Shown here piece by piece: positions 17,585-30,692 of a stretch of 64,000 nt of DNA. The notes under the pieces were generated by a model. That model searched no databases. It saw only the letters and a program-made list of their open reading frames with translations, and had not been told where the DNA came from. Source of the DNA: Eledone cirrhosa. Lineage: Eukaryota. The first letter of the stretch is position 1. Each line of letters starts with the position of its first letter. The DNA lies in NCBI GenBank assembly GCA_964016885.1, contig OZ024742.1:65224001-65288000 (forward strand), written 5' to 3'. The position numbers and the translations under genes are program-made.

Positions 17585-17950
17585 AATATTTCAGTACTGA
17601 TCCAAAGGCCTTTGGGGAAGCCTGTTATATTGGTACCATAAGGTGGTTATTGCTCAGATCATAAACACTACGAACCAAACCACTGCCATAAGCACAGGCA
17701 AAAACTACAATGGCCTCTGACTAGCAGTTAGTTGTTAATCTGAATAAACAGCTTAAGTTTTTACAGCATATCATAACAACCTTGCTCTGGCAAGGTATGA
17801 TCATTACCAATGATGTGACAAAACAACTGATTATGAGAAAACTTAGTGTACCTTGGGAAGAGTATATTGAAGAAGTCAGAGAAAGAAGATATGCAAACAA
17901 CTAGGAAGTAGTGGAGGAGTGCCACATCAGAGGCTAGAAGTCAATCTATG
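17585..17950 (+). mobile_element. Remnant of an RLE-type (NeSL/HERO/R4-like) non-LTR retrotransposon endonuclease region
   Basis: Degraded translation ..QLVVNLNKQLKF.QHIITT....MII...VTKQLIM..LSVPWEEYIEEVRERRYA resembles the PD-(D/E)xK 'ELTVPWE..A.ERK..KY' motif. Confidence 0.6.
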
Positions 17951-18996
17951 ATTCACTTTCATTTTATTGTACATTTATATTTTCTTTCAGTTTTATTCTA
18001 TTGTTCCCCATTTTACATACCTATGTCGAAAGTTTGTCACATGCACACAGGCACATTATATGTGTGTACCTCAGCATGGACACAGCTGAATGTTTGAAAC
18101 TGGTAAAAGTTAAAATGTTGGCAATCTGAACCATGCAGGAGTAAATGTTATAAAGGGATGAAAAGAGAGAGGGGGGGGGGGGAGAATGGGATATGAGAAA
18201 GAGAGAAAGAGAATGGGAGAGAGCACATGTGTATGTGTGAAGAGGGTGGAGGTAGATAAACATCGTAAACATATGACAAAGGTCACGATGAACTCTGGTC
18301 TACGGATGTCACTTAGGAGAAAATTGTGCTTTTAATATCTTTAAAAAACCATTCTGATAGAACACTAACTACACCACAATACAGAACATCGTAGCTTACA
18401 CTATATTATAGTCCCATGACACAATTACACTATAACCTAACCACAAGCATACATTAAATTCAACCAAAACTAGACCATAAGCACACTACAACCAAAACAC
18501 AAAAACTGCTTATAACATCACATTATAGAAGATATATATATATGTGCGTGTGTGTATTTATATATATATAAAAAACGGACGTAAAATGATGATGATGATG
18601 ATGATGACATATATATATTAGTATGAGCCTGTGTGTTTTACTATTTCTACATTACAGAACACTAATCAAACTAGAAAAACTTTTGCCAAACCACATCAAA
18701 TCACATCACAGTTAGCTTCACTCAACATCACCCTATCACCACCAGTAGACCACAGACACTACCTTTACTACTCCACACCATAGGTGCTAGATCCACACCA
18801 CACCTTTCCACTCTACACCACTACTAGATCATATGCTAGCTGTACTCCTTGCTAAACTCCACCGGCCACAAACACATCACACTCTCACTCCCTTACATCA
18901 CACATCTCCCATGACGGAAACGAGCTGTCTGTCGATGAAAACTTTACTGACCGACATACATAAAAATTTCACAAACTTTCTTCCTCACACAACCAG

Positions 18997-19032
<36 letters not shown>

Positions 19033-19599
19033 AAGTAGGTAAGGAAACTTCCCTTCACACTGGCATATCTACTTAAGCAATTTTACTTTTATACCAATAC
19101 ATTGCAGATTTTGGCAATGTAAACCACCACCAGCTTCCATCTTGGATTCTTTTTTTTAATATTTGATTATGTGTATATGCTAGCAGTGGTACACTTCATT
19201 ACTTGGGCACAGAAATGCAGAATAAATGATTTATAGATTTGCAAACACACATTGGTTCATACTAATATGTATATGTGTTGTGTGTGTTAGTATATATTAA
19301 GACTTCGTTCTACATTTCCATATTTTTATTTATTAAATAAAAAACTTTATGTACATTTCAGAGACATTAGAAAAAATTACATAAGTCAAACACATCATCA
19401 TTGCATAGGAATTAATAAGGCATGTGATATGCAGACAGCAGGACATGGGATGTTGATTATCCAAATTACATTATCATCATCATTTAAGGTCCACTTTCCC
19501 TGCCTGTAAAAGTTGTGCATGTATATATATAATATATACTAGCATGAATTCACTATCTTACAGATAGTATATTTATTGTCTTACATAGGACAATCATGA

Positions 19600-19900
19600 T
19601 GATGATTGCAGGACATCTGGTAGTTCCAATGAGTAGTCCAGATGTTTGAACAATGGATCTGTCTGCTCATGAAATTAATGTGCAAATAACTGAGAATTTC
19701 ATAGACATTTAGTTCTCCAAAAGATTCAGTGTGACACAGTGTATGATAAAGTTGGCCCTTTGAATTTACAAAGTATGAGTAAATTTTGTTAGCTGAATGA
19801 CTTGGAACAACATGAAATAAAGTGCCTTGCTAAATGGCACAACATGTAGCCAGGAATCAAACTCACAAGCTTATGATTGTGAACCAAACACCCTAAACCC
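19600..19900 (-). mobile_element. Old SINE B-related element (similar at 31420-31640)
   Basis: ggaacaacatgaaataaagtgccttgct...ggaatcaaactcac is the reverse of the family B head/core. Confidence 0.55.
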
Positions 19901-20310
19901 ACCTCCACCTTACACACAGTCATATGCACCAACTTCACACTGAATAACATTATCAACAATCAAGTCAAAACATGAATTACAAAGGAACTGTCTTGATGTC
20001 ACTCAGAAAAAGATGGGGACATGTTTGTGCAACAGTATCAGGTGATAAACTGGAAGTGTGACAGCTAAGAGAAGAAGAGGGAGATGTAAGTGCACATTGA
20101 CAATGCACTTACATGCAACAATAGTCATAGATGGTAGTGTGTTGGATGGGGGTTTGATATAGCAATAGTGGTAGTAGTTGAGGTCCAAGTCAAAATACCT
20201 GACCATGCATATGTGTGTGTGTGTGTATGTGTATCCTGGGTTCGATCGGGGGTAACCACAGTAAGTAAGGTATTCAATACATAGTAGAATATATACAATA
20301 TTTAATATAG

Positions 20311-20413
20311 AAATGGCTTCTACAGCACTAGAACTTTCATTCGAAGGAAATCACCAGGAAACTCCTGATGATTTCCTTCGAATGAAACAGTTCTAGTCCT
20401 GTAGAAACCATTT
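20311..20413. repeat. Inverted repeat (~48-bp arms) carrying a hammerhead-like core CTGATGA..GAAAC..GTC (20365-20398)
   Basis: Arms pair with a few mismatches; the same motif recurs singly at ~9242-9284 (minus) and ~62301-62342 (plus). Confidence 0.7.
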
Positions 20414-20612
20414 ATATATACACACGCACCACAATAAGATGCACCTAGTATATTCTGTTAAGAGGTTGTTAAAAGAAAAGGCATGTCAAAACTGGAAAAA
20501 ATGTAAGAGACACGCAATCTCTGGAAAGACAGTAGCTCTAGCTCCAATTAAACCATTCATTATCGTATTTCTAATGAAATACAATGGTGTTAGTGTGTAT
20601 GTATAAGTGTAA

Positions 20613-20656
<44 letters not shown>

Positions 20657-20788
20657 GTGAGGTTTTTTTTTACAAAATGAAAAATAACCGAGGTGTCCTA
20701 CATGAGTGGAAGTATAAAGAAAAAGGGATGAAATCGAAAATGCAACTGAAGTTTTATTTTTTTTTTAAATATATATATTTATTTGGTT

Positions 20789-20826
20789 CCTTTACCGGTT
20801 TCGCAGTTCTTCTGCTTTTCAAAAGG
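20789..20826 (-). ncRNA. Degenerate minimal hammerhead
   Basis: Minus strand: cctt-tTGAaaA-GCAG aagaa CTGC-GAAAC-CG-GTA-aagg; stems I-III pair, core has two substitutions. Confidence 0.45.
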
Positions 20827-20861
20827 TGAGTTGAGATGGAGGGTCTGTGGTTTTTCTCACA

Positions 20862-20912
<51 letters not shown>

Positions 20913-22084
20913 TACCATTCTTGTTGTATTGATTATATATTTATTTGCTGTGTGGAAAAGACACATCCAACCTATGCAACTATAGAAAAATGAATGTAAA
21001 ATGTTGATGAAGATGATGACAATGATACCTGGCATATTCTAGTGGTGTGAGGGAATTTAGAGGTGGTATAGAACATAACAGGTAGTGAAAGTAATCTAGT
21101 GGAGAGGACGAGGTTAATCTAGAAGGGAGCTGTATTAGATGAAATAAAATAATAGTAATTAATGGTGGTCGGTGTTTGGTGCAAAGATGCGAGACATTGT
21201 CGTGTTGCAGCTGCATTAGGTCAGATAACGCCTAAGCATGAATACACTCAATAGTGAGAGTTATGGTGATGGTAGTAGTTGCAGTGAAGTACAAGTGTGC
21301 ACACACAGGTGCATAGACAGACAAGTCCTTTAGAGGTGATTCAAATGCATCAGGTGATTAATTGCCCACCCTCTGTTGCAATGTACAAAAGCTGCACCAT
21401 AATTTATCACCATCATTTATCACAATTGTTAGGCATTAAAATGTTGGACATTCTCCAGCCCTCTCCTTCTCTCACAGACAAACACACAAACAAAAATACA
21501 CTGCATTAAATATGTTAACACTAACTTTAATTTAGTACTAAATATATAATATCTGAAAAGATGAACTGATCAGTGTTGGAAATTCTTTGATCATAGATTT
21601 GATGGATCAGAGTTGACTGGAAAACTTGTACATAAATGTAGGTGTGGTATGTTGGTGAGGTTAAAGTGTTCACTTAGCAGCCATGTGGTTTCATGTTCAT
21701 ATACATACATACAATTAGGGTCTTGCACATTGAATATGGGGGAGTGGAAAAAAAAAAATTCAATCAGCTGAGACTATTCTTGCAATTTCAAGAAAAGATC
21801 AATAAAAGTTCCATTCTTGAAAAATGATTGCTTGGACTGATATGAAAGATTAAGTCCTTTTAAGGTGATATGCCAGTATGGCCGCTGCCTAATGACTTTC
21901 GTTGACCCATATATCATTAACTTATTACACAGACTTGCACTGGAGCCAAAATATGACCAAAACTGGCCCATTTTACGACTAAACCAAATTTGGAAGAACA
22001 TAGGTTAAAACCACATGATTAGTGGTTTCGAATAACTTAATTAGTTAATTATAAACTAGTAATTAGATGCAACAACAATAGGAA

Positions 22085-23659
22085 TGATTTCTGGTGACAA
22101 GGTCACAAATTTTAGTGTAGGAGTATAATCTAATAAATTGACCCTAACAATTGTTATTTTATCGAGTCCCTAGGGATTGAAAAGATAATTAGTTATAAAC
22201 CTGATAGGATTTGTACTTACATATATAAGGGGCCAAAACAAAATACTGCAAGGCATTTTGTCAATTATTATAGAATCTGTCACTCCTTTAGTTGATAGTA
22301 ATAAATAATGATGGTGGTAGCAATGGTTGTGGTGATGGTGGTGGTTGGTAGTAATAATAATAATAATTGTTTCTACTTTTGGTACAAGGCCAGCAATTAC
22401 TCCAGTACATTACTGGCACTTTATTTTATTAACCCAGTAAGGATGAAAGACAAAGTTAACCTCAACAGGATTTAAACTCAGAATGTAAAGGAGCATAACT
22501 CTATACTGCAAAGCATGGTGTCTGACGCTCCACCGATACTGCCAATCCACTGCCCTTATGTGATAATAATGATTTCTAATTCAGGTACAAGGCCAGCAAT
22601 TTGAGGGGAAGGGAAATTCGATTAAATTGGCCCTAATGTTTTACTAGTATTTTATTTGATCAAACTTGGAAGGATGAAAGGGCAAGTTGACCTCAGCAGG
22701 ATTTGACCCCAGAATGTAACAGTCCTAATCCACTACCATAAGTGGTTTCTCATTTAGGCATAAGGCCTGCCATTTCAGGTGGGAAGAGAAAAGTAATTTA
22801 CCATTTCAAGTGGGAAGAGAAAAGTAATTTACCTGACAGATACTTTATTTTATCAACCCTCAAAAGGATGAAAGGCAAACTTGATCTGAGCAGGATTTGA
22901 ACTCAGAACATAAAGAGCCACAACAAATATTGCAAAGCATTCTGTCTGCCTATGAGTCTCCTATCTAAATAAAATTAATGATTTCTAATTTAAGCACAAG
23001 GCCAGCAGATTTTGTAGGGAGGGAAAAGTCAAGTAAACTGACCCCAGTTATTTTATGGATGAAGGGCAAAATTGATCCCAGAACAAAAACTGCCAAGTAT
23101 TCTATCATTGCCTAACGATTCTGCCAATCCACTGTCCATTGTTCACTCATAATAATGGTTTCTAAAGCCATCATTCTACCATATAATATAATGGTTCCTG
23201 ATTTAGGCACAAGGCTAACAATTTTGGAGAAGGGGATCAATTAAATCGACCCCAGTGTGTTCCTGGAACTTTATTTTATCAACCCCTTAAGGATGAAAGG
23301 CAAAGCTAACCTTGGCAGGGTTTGAAATCAGAACGTAAAGAGCTGTAACGTTATCTTGCGAAGCATGGTGCCTGATGCCCTATTGATTCTACCAATCCAC
23401 TACCCATCTTTCACCCAAAATAATGGTTTCTAACATAGGACAAAGCCAGCTTTCTACTATATAATATAATAGTAATAATAATTGTTTCTACTTTTGGCAC
23501 AAGGCCAGCAATTATCCAGTGCATTACTGGTACTTTATTTTATCGACACTGTAAGAATGAAAGGCAAAGTTAACCTCGGCAGGATTTGAACTCAGATCAG
23601 AAAGGGGCGTAACTCTGTACTACAAAGCATGTTGTCCGACCCTCTACCGATACTGCCAA
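22085..23659 (-). mobile_element. Head-to-tail stack of about seven SINE family A copies
   Basis: Repeated tttcta..ggcacaaggccagcaat...aggatgaaaggcaaag...ggatttgaactcag units starting near 22085, 22367, 22570, 22744, 22980, 23193, 23482, all in the same orientation. Confidence 0.85.
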
Positions 23660-26227
23660 ATGAACAAAGAAGAGCAACAAGACCCGACCCTCTACCGATA
23701 CTGCCAAATGAACAAAGAAGAGCAACAAGACCCGACCCTCTACTGACACTGCCAAATGAACAAAGAAGAGCAACAAGACCCGACCCTCTACTGACACTGC
23801 CAAATGAACAAAGAAGAGCAACAAGACCCGACCCTCTACCGATACTGCCAAATGAACAAAGAAGAGCAGCAAGACCCGACCCTCTACCGATACTGCCAAA
23901 TGAACAAAGAAGAGCAACAAGACCCGACCCTCTACTGACACTGCCAAATGAACAAAGAAGAGCAACAAGACCCGACCCTCTACTGACACTGCCAAATGAA
24001 CAAAGAAGAGCAACAAGACCCGACCCTCTACCGATACTGCCAAATGAACAAAGAAGAGCAACAAGACCCGACCCTCTACCGATACTGCCAAATGAACAAA
24101 GAAGAGCAACAAGACCCGACCCTCTACCGATACTGCCAAATGAACAAAGAAGAGCAACAAGACCCGACCCTCTACCGATACTGCCAAATGAACAAAGAAG
24201 AGCAACAAGACCCGACCCTCTACCGATACTGCCAAATGAACAAAGAAGAGCAACAAGACCCGACCCTCTACCGATACTGCCAAATGAACAAAGAAGAGCA
24301 ACAAGACCCGACCCTCTACCGATACTGCCAAATGAACAAAGAAGAGCAACAAGACCCGACCCTCTACCGATACTGCCAAATGAACAAAGAAGAGCAACAA
24401 GACCCGACCCTCTACCGATACTGCCAAATGAACAAAGAAGAGCAACAAGATCCGACCCTCTACCGATACTGCCAAATGAACAAAGAAGAGCAACAAGACC
24501 CGACCCTCTACCGATACTGCCAAATGAACAAAGAAGAGCAACAAGACCCGACCCTCTACCGATACTGCCAAATGAACAAAGAAGAGCAACAAGACCCGAC
24601 CCTCTACCGATACTGCCAAATGAACAAAGAAGAGCAACAAGACCCGACCCTCTACCGATACTGCCAAATGAACAAAGAAGAGCAACAAGACCCGACCCTC
24701 TACCGATACTGCCAAATGAACAAAGAAGAGCAACAAGACCCGACCCTCTACCGATACTGCCAAATGAACAAAGAAGAGCAACAAGACCCGACCCTCTACC
24801 GATACTGCCAAATGAACAAAGAAGAGCAACAAGACCCGACCCTCTACCGATACTGCCAAATGAACAAAGAAGAGCAACAAGACCCGACCCTCTACCGATA
24901 CTGCCAAATGAACAAAGAAGAGCAACAAGACCCGACCCTCTACCGATACTGCCAAATGAACAAAGAAGAGCAACAAGACCCGACCCTCTACCGATACTGC
25001 CAAATGAACAAAGAAGAGCAACAAGACCCGACCCTCTACCGATACTGCCAAATGAACAAAGAAGAGCAACAAGACCCGACCCTCTACCGATACTGCCAAA
25101 TGAACAAAGAAGAGCAACAAGACCCGACCCTCTACCGATACTGCCAAATGAACAAAGAAGAGCAACAAGACCCGACCCTCTACCGATACTGCCAAATGAA
25201 CAAAGAAGAGCAACAAGACCCGACCCTCTACCGATACTGCCAAATGAACAAAGAAGAGCAACAAGACCCGACCCTCTACCGATACTGCCAAATGAACAAA
25301 GAAGAGCAACAAGACCCGACCCTCTACCGATACTGCCAAATGAACAAAGAAGAGCAACAAGACCCGACCCTCTACCGATACTGCCAAATGAACAAAGAAG
25401 AGCAACAAGACCCGACCCTCTACCGATACTGCCAAATGAACAAAGAAGAGCAACAAGACCCGACCCTCTACCGATACTGCCAAATGAACAAAGAAGAGCA
25501 ACAAGACCCGACCCTCTACCGATACTGCCAAATGAACAAAGAAGAGCAACAAGACCCGACCCTCTACCGATACTGCCAAATGAACAAAGAAGAGCAACAA
25601 GACCCGACCCTCTACCGATACTGCCAAATGAACAAAGAAGAGCAACAAGACCCGACCCTCTACCGATACTGCCAAATGAACAAAGAAGAGCAACAAGACC
25701 CGACCCTCTACCGATACTGCCAAATGAACAAAGAAGAGCAACAAGACCCGACCCTCTACCGATACTGCCAAATGAACAAAGAAGAGCAACAAGACCCGAC
25801 CCTCTACCGATACTGCCAAATGAACAAAGAAGAGCAACAAGACCCGACCCTCTACCGATACTGCCAAATGAACAAAGAAGAGCAACAAGACCCGACCCTC
25901 TACCGATACTGCCAAATGAACAAAGAAGAGCAACAAGACCCGACCCTCTACCGATACTGCCAAATGAACAAAGAAGAGCAACAAGACCCGACCCTCTACC
26001 GATACTGCCAAATGAACAAAGAAGAGCAACAAGACCCGACCCTCTACCGATACTGCCAAATGAACAAAGAAGAGCAACAAGACCCGACCCTCTACCGATA
26101 CTGCCAAATGAACAAAGAAGAGCAACAAGACCCGACCCTCTACCGATACTGCCAAATGAACAAAGAAGAGCAACAAGACCCGACCCTCTACCGATACTGC
26201 CAAATGAACAAAGAAGAGCAACAAGAC
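23636..26227. repeat. Tandem satellite, 54 x 48 bp (SINE A-box head plus flank)
   Basis: Unit ccgaccctctaccgatactgccaa-atgaacaaagaagagcaacaagac; 2592 bp = 54 units. Confidence 0.97.
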
Positions 26228-26302
26228 AACTAATATGTGCATTATTTTATGTTCCATTGGATAAGGAATATGTGTTAAAATATGTACATGTATGTGTATG
26301 TA

Positions 26303-26617
26303 TCATCATCATTTCATTTTAAGGCCACTTTTTCCCTGCTTGCAAGGGTGGGACGGGAACTGATTCTGGCTTGATTTCTACAGCTGGATGCCCTTCCTAA
26401 CACCAACCTCATTTACAGTGAGTGATGGGTGCTTTTTTGCCGTGGAATGATAGGGACCCCAATCCCTATCATCTCATTTCTACAGCTGAGTAAACTGGAG
26501 CAATGTGAAATAAAGTGTCTTGTTCAAGGAAACAACACATCACCCAGTCTGAGAATTGAACTCACAACCTTTCGATTGCAAGGCCAATGCTCTAACCACT
26601 AAGCCATGTGCCTCCAT
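26303..26617 (-). mobile_element. SINE family B, near full length (small internal deletion)
   Basis: A box tggcttagtgg, B box gagttcaattc, core, RTE-type tail with (GAT)n. Confidence 0.88.
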
Positions 26618-26745
26618 GTATAAAAGACAGATAGTATGTTGGTGGATGTATGTATATATGCGTGTGTATGTATGTAGGTAGGTAAGAGAAAGAGCATATG
26701 TGCTAAGATATGTACACGTGTGTGTGTGTGTTTGTGGTGTTTTCA

Positions 26746-26879
26746 GTGAGTGAGAGAGAGAGAGTGTGAGAGAGTGAGAGAGTGAGAGAGAGAGAGAGTG
26801 TGTGAGAGAGAGAGAGAGTGTGAGAGAGTGAGAGAGTGAGAGAGAGAGAGAGAGTGTGAGAGAGTGAGAGAGAGAGAGA
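26746..26879. repeat. Compound (GA)/(GT) microsatellite
   Basis: Directly visible. Confidence 0.9.
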
Positions 26880-27026
26880 ACCTGTGATGCAGAAAGAAAA
26901 GTACGCCATGACACTCACCTCTAACATCAATATATCAATAAGTTAGTACTGGACTGTTGTGGTTTATTTTTGACTGGAGGAGACTATATGGAGATGTATT
27001 GGTGTGTGTGTGTTGCATATATATAA

Positions 27027-27070
<44 letters not shown>

Positions 27071-27613
27071 TATATAGAGGGTGTCCCCACCAAAACATGT
27101 ATACACACTTTGATTACCTGTACAGGCAATATCTATTAGAATGCTGTTGAAGTGTGTATACATTTTGGGGAACACATAATATATGTGTGTGTGTTAATAT
27201 AATGTCATCTTGTCATCCATCTCTTTCAATTGACTACAGAGCATGTGTGAGAAAAATGTTTGTTTTAATAAGACAGAAAAAAGAAATTAATAAAAAAAAA
27301 ATAGGAAGAAGATGAAGAATATAAGGACAAACATCTTGAAATTTTGTAACATTGAATGAAAATATGTGATGTTAAAGAACTTGCCTTTGAGTGTAGGAAA
27401 ATCTCTTTGGTGACTCTTAATTCCATTGCTACACACCTTGCTGGCTGGATTAAAACCAGTACAGGAATTTGGGCCCCAAATGTCTGATACCCAGTGTCAG
27501 ACTTAGGACAAATGAGGCCCTCTGTTAGTTATGAGGCCCTGTGCTTAAGCACATCTAAGCACAGCAGTAAATCTAGCACTGATCTAACCAGATGACATTA
27601 TTTTTGAGATAAT

Positions 27614-27800
27614 GGCGGTGGATTGGCAGTATCGGTAGAGGGTCGGACGCCATGCTTTCCAGCATAGTTACGTCCCTTTCCGATCTGAGTTCAAATCCCG
27701 CCGAGGTTGACTTTGCCTTTCATCCTTACGGGGTCGATAAAATAAAGTACCAGTAATGCACTGGGTAATTGCTGGCCTTGTGCCTAAAGTAGAAACAATT
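27614..27800 (+). mobile_element. SINE family A, full length (tRNA-derived, Meta-domain-like core)
   Basis: A box TGGCAGTATCGG, B box GAGTTCAAATCC, core gcctttcatccttacggggtcgataaaataaagtaccag, tail ccttgtgcctaaagtagaaacaattatt; ~18-bp TSD attatttttga(g/a)ataatg. Confidence 0.9.
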
Positions 27801-27869
27801 ATTTTTGAAATAATGTCATTTATTCAGTTATGCTTCTAGCTGGTTTAATTAACCCTCTCATTACCATAT

Positions 27870-28130
27870 TTCTAATAAAAATAACCATTGCCTATAATTT
27901 TCAAATAATTATGAAAGTTATCAAGAATTGGGTGGGATTTAGTAATATAACTAACTTCCTCATTATCAAGTTGGTGTTTTGAACAGAACTTAGAGTTATG
28001 ATGGAAGGTTTTTAGGCAGTTTGACATCAAAAGGCCTAAGTACCAATACAGGGGTTTTGGTATTAAGATGTCTGGATATTTATTTTGCTGCTGAAGTTGA
28101 CCTGTGCTTTTGATATTGAATAGGCACAAT
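27870..28130 (-). mobile_element. Possible Penelope-like GIY-YIG C-terminal remnant
   Basis: FHHNSKFCSKHQLDNEEVSYI loosely resembles the PLE 'Y..sk.C.LC..E...I' region; weak. Confidence 0.3.
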
Positions 28131-28193
28131 CAATGGTGATTAAATAGACATATATATAATAGTATATATATTGCTGGTTAAGTAGATCAATCT

Positions 28194-28238
<45 letters not shown>

Positions 28239-28395
28239 ATAAATGCAACAAAACAAAACACAGGAAGCAATTTTTACACATTAGGTTTAGGCTTGGTGGA
28301 AGAGGTTTCGATATTTTGAACAGAAGACCTTCAGGTAAGTTTGGATAAGGAGAGAACAGATACACGTAAGAGTAGTTAGAGAAGGTTAGATAAGG

Positions 28396-28443
<48 letters not shown>

Positions 28444-28964
28444 CTCGTCATATTGTCCTAATAGATTAAGTAGAAAATATTCATACAGTTATACATTGAT
28501 GCAACACGTTCATCATGCAGTCTACAAATGGTACAGTATGTATGATACATATTCAACTTGTCCTCTTGGTTAGAATATATTCATATAGTAATTCAGCAAT
28601 ACAATACGTTGTTCACCATGCTCTCTAACAACAAAATGGTATGTATGATATATTTTCAACCTTTCTCCTTATTCCTAAGAAGAATTCACCTCCCGACGAA
28701 GCAACTAAAATTCTTCCAATATTAGTTATTCCAATGTCTTGGAATTGCTCATATTGTATCTTGAGTTCCAGAAACCATAGTCAGGGTATTATAAAAGTTA
28801 AAACTAATTTTTTTAGGCGATTTGGCTTATATCCTCCCAAAATGAGATTGTGGCTTAAGTTTAATATATTTTAATACTTCTCTCAGTAGATCATTTATTG
28901 ATATATCTTATCCTTTCATTGAGATGTTTACGTATTAGAGACAGTTAACTTTATAGAGTTATAA

Positions 28965-29042
<78 letters not shown>

Positions 29043-29130
29043 CACTGGAAGGTAATATCCGTAGTGGTAGAGCAATCAGTCCATGGGACGAGTTTGGTAG
29101 AAGTTGTAACAACAGTAAGTTCACCATACT

Positions 29131-29167
29131 GAGAACAATTGTTTCACCTTATGCGGATCTTCAGCTC
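29131..29167 (-). ncRNA. Minimal type I hammerhead with intact core
   Basis: Minus strand: gag-CTGAAGA-tCC gcataa GGt-GAAAC-AATT-GTT-ctc; palindromic stem III ACAATTGT. Confidence 0.6.
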
Positions 29168-29354
29168 GGATATATATATATATATATATATATATAGATA
29201 TATATATATGTATATAGATATATATAATCTGTGATGCTGAGGAGACCACTAATCATGGGAGTACTCAATGCAGTGGAGCCATGGTTGGGATTTCATCTCT
29301 CTCCCTCTGTGCAGCGAGTGGAGAGATCCCATGCCGAGAAGGATCCATCTAACC

Positions 29355-29830
29355 CAGAGGTTCTCAAACTTTTCTCAAACGGCCACGTCCCCACCCCTCA
29401 CCATCAGTCTGTGATGACATCCAAACCTTACTAGCAGAGAAAGTGGACATTAAACAATGATGGTGATGATGTTAGTTTATCATTAGTAACATAGATGTAA
29501 AAAGAATGTGATTTTGCCAATAAGAATAAGGACATCTATGAGATTGTGTAGGTGCCCCAGCATGGCCTCAGCCGGATGGCTGAAACAGGTAAAAGAGTAA
29601 AAGAGTAATCTCATAGATGTCTTTATTATAGATGTCTATATGTCTTTATTATAGATGTCTATATAAATGCTTAATATACATATGCAATATATTTGTAAAA
29701 AAAAGAAAAAACAAGCTATATATTGTTTAAAATTTAAACAATAGGTTGTTTTTTTTTTTAATACTACACTATCGCCCCCCCCCCCCCCCCGCGATATCAA
29801 AGCACCGACCGCCCACTTTGGGAAACAATG
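29355..29830. mobile_element. hAT MITE with nested retroposon fragments
   Basis: Ends cagaggttctcaaa / tttgggaaacaatg; perfect 8-bp TSD atctaacc (29347-54, 29831-38). Confidence 0.8.
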
Positions 29831-29885
29831 ATCTAACCCATGCAAACGTGGAAAAATGAACCTAAAAATGATGTTAATATATATA

Positions 29886-30224
29886 TCATCATCATCATTT
29901 TACGTCCCCTTTTCCCTGCTTGCAAGGGTGGGACGGGAACTGATTCTGGCTTGATTTCTACAGCTGGATGCTCTTCCTAACACCAACCTCATTTACAGTG
30001 AGTGCTGGGTGCTTTTTTGCCGTGGCACCTCCACGACCACTTTGCAGTGGAATGATTGGGACCCCAGTCCCTATCATCTCATTTCTACAGTTGAGTAAAC
30101 TGGAACAATGTGAAATAAAGTGTCTTGCTCAAGGAAACAACACATCACCCGGTCCGAGAATTGAACTCACAACCTTTTGATTGCAAGCCCAATGCTCTAA
30201 CCACTAAGCCATGTGCCTTCACCA
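29886..30224 (-). mobile_element. SINE family B, full length
   Basis: A and B boxes, core and RTE-type tail. Confidence 0.9.
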
Positions 30225-30234
30225 TAAGGTAAAT

Positions 30235-30237
<3 letters not shown>

Positions 30238-30279
<42 letters not shown>

Positions 30280-30432
30280 TACATATATATATGTGTGTGC
30301 GTGTGCATATATATATATATACACACACACACATATATATACACACACGCACACATATATATACACACACGCACACATATATATATACACACACACACAC
30401 ATATATATATACACACACACACACACATATAT

Positions 30433-30471
<39 letters not shown>

Positions 30472-30692
30472 CATATATATACACACACACACACATATAT
30501 ACACACATATATATACACACATATATACACACACACACACACGTACATATATATACACACACGTACATATATATACACACACGTACATATATATACACAC
30601 ACGTACATATATATACACACACATACATATATATACACACACATACATACACATACACACACATACATACACATATATATATATATATATAA
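30238..30692. repeat. Compound (TA)/(CA) microsatellite
   Basis: Directly visible. Confidence 0.92.

Noticed and set aside
23636-26227. CRISPR-like array
   Set aside because: Units are identical with no unique spacers; no cas genes; eukaryotic context.
23597-26322. 745-897 aa repeat-protein ORFs in three frames
   Set aside because: A by-product of a 48-bp (multiple of 3) unit derived from a SINE head and flank; no unique coding domain or synonymous variation.
26540-26617. tRNA genes at SINE heads (also 27614, 30150-30224, 60305)
   Set aside because: A and B boxes present but no complete cloverleaf, and they continue into SINE core and tail.
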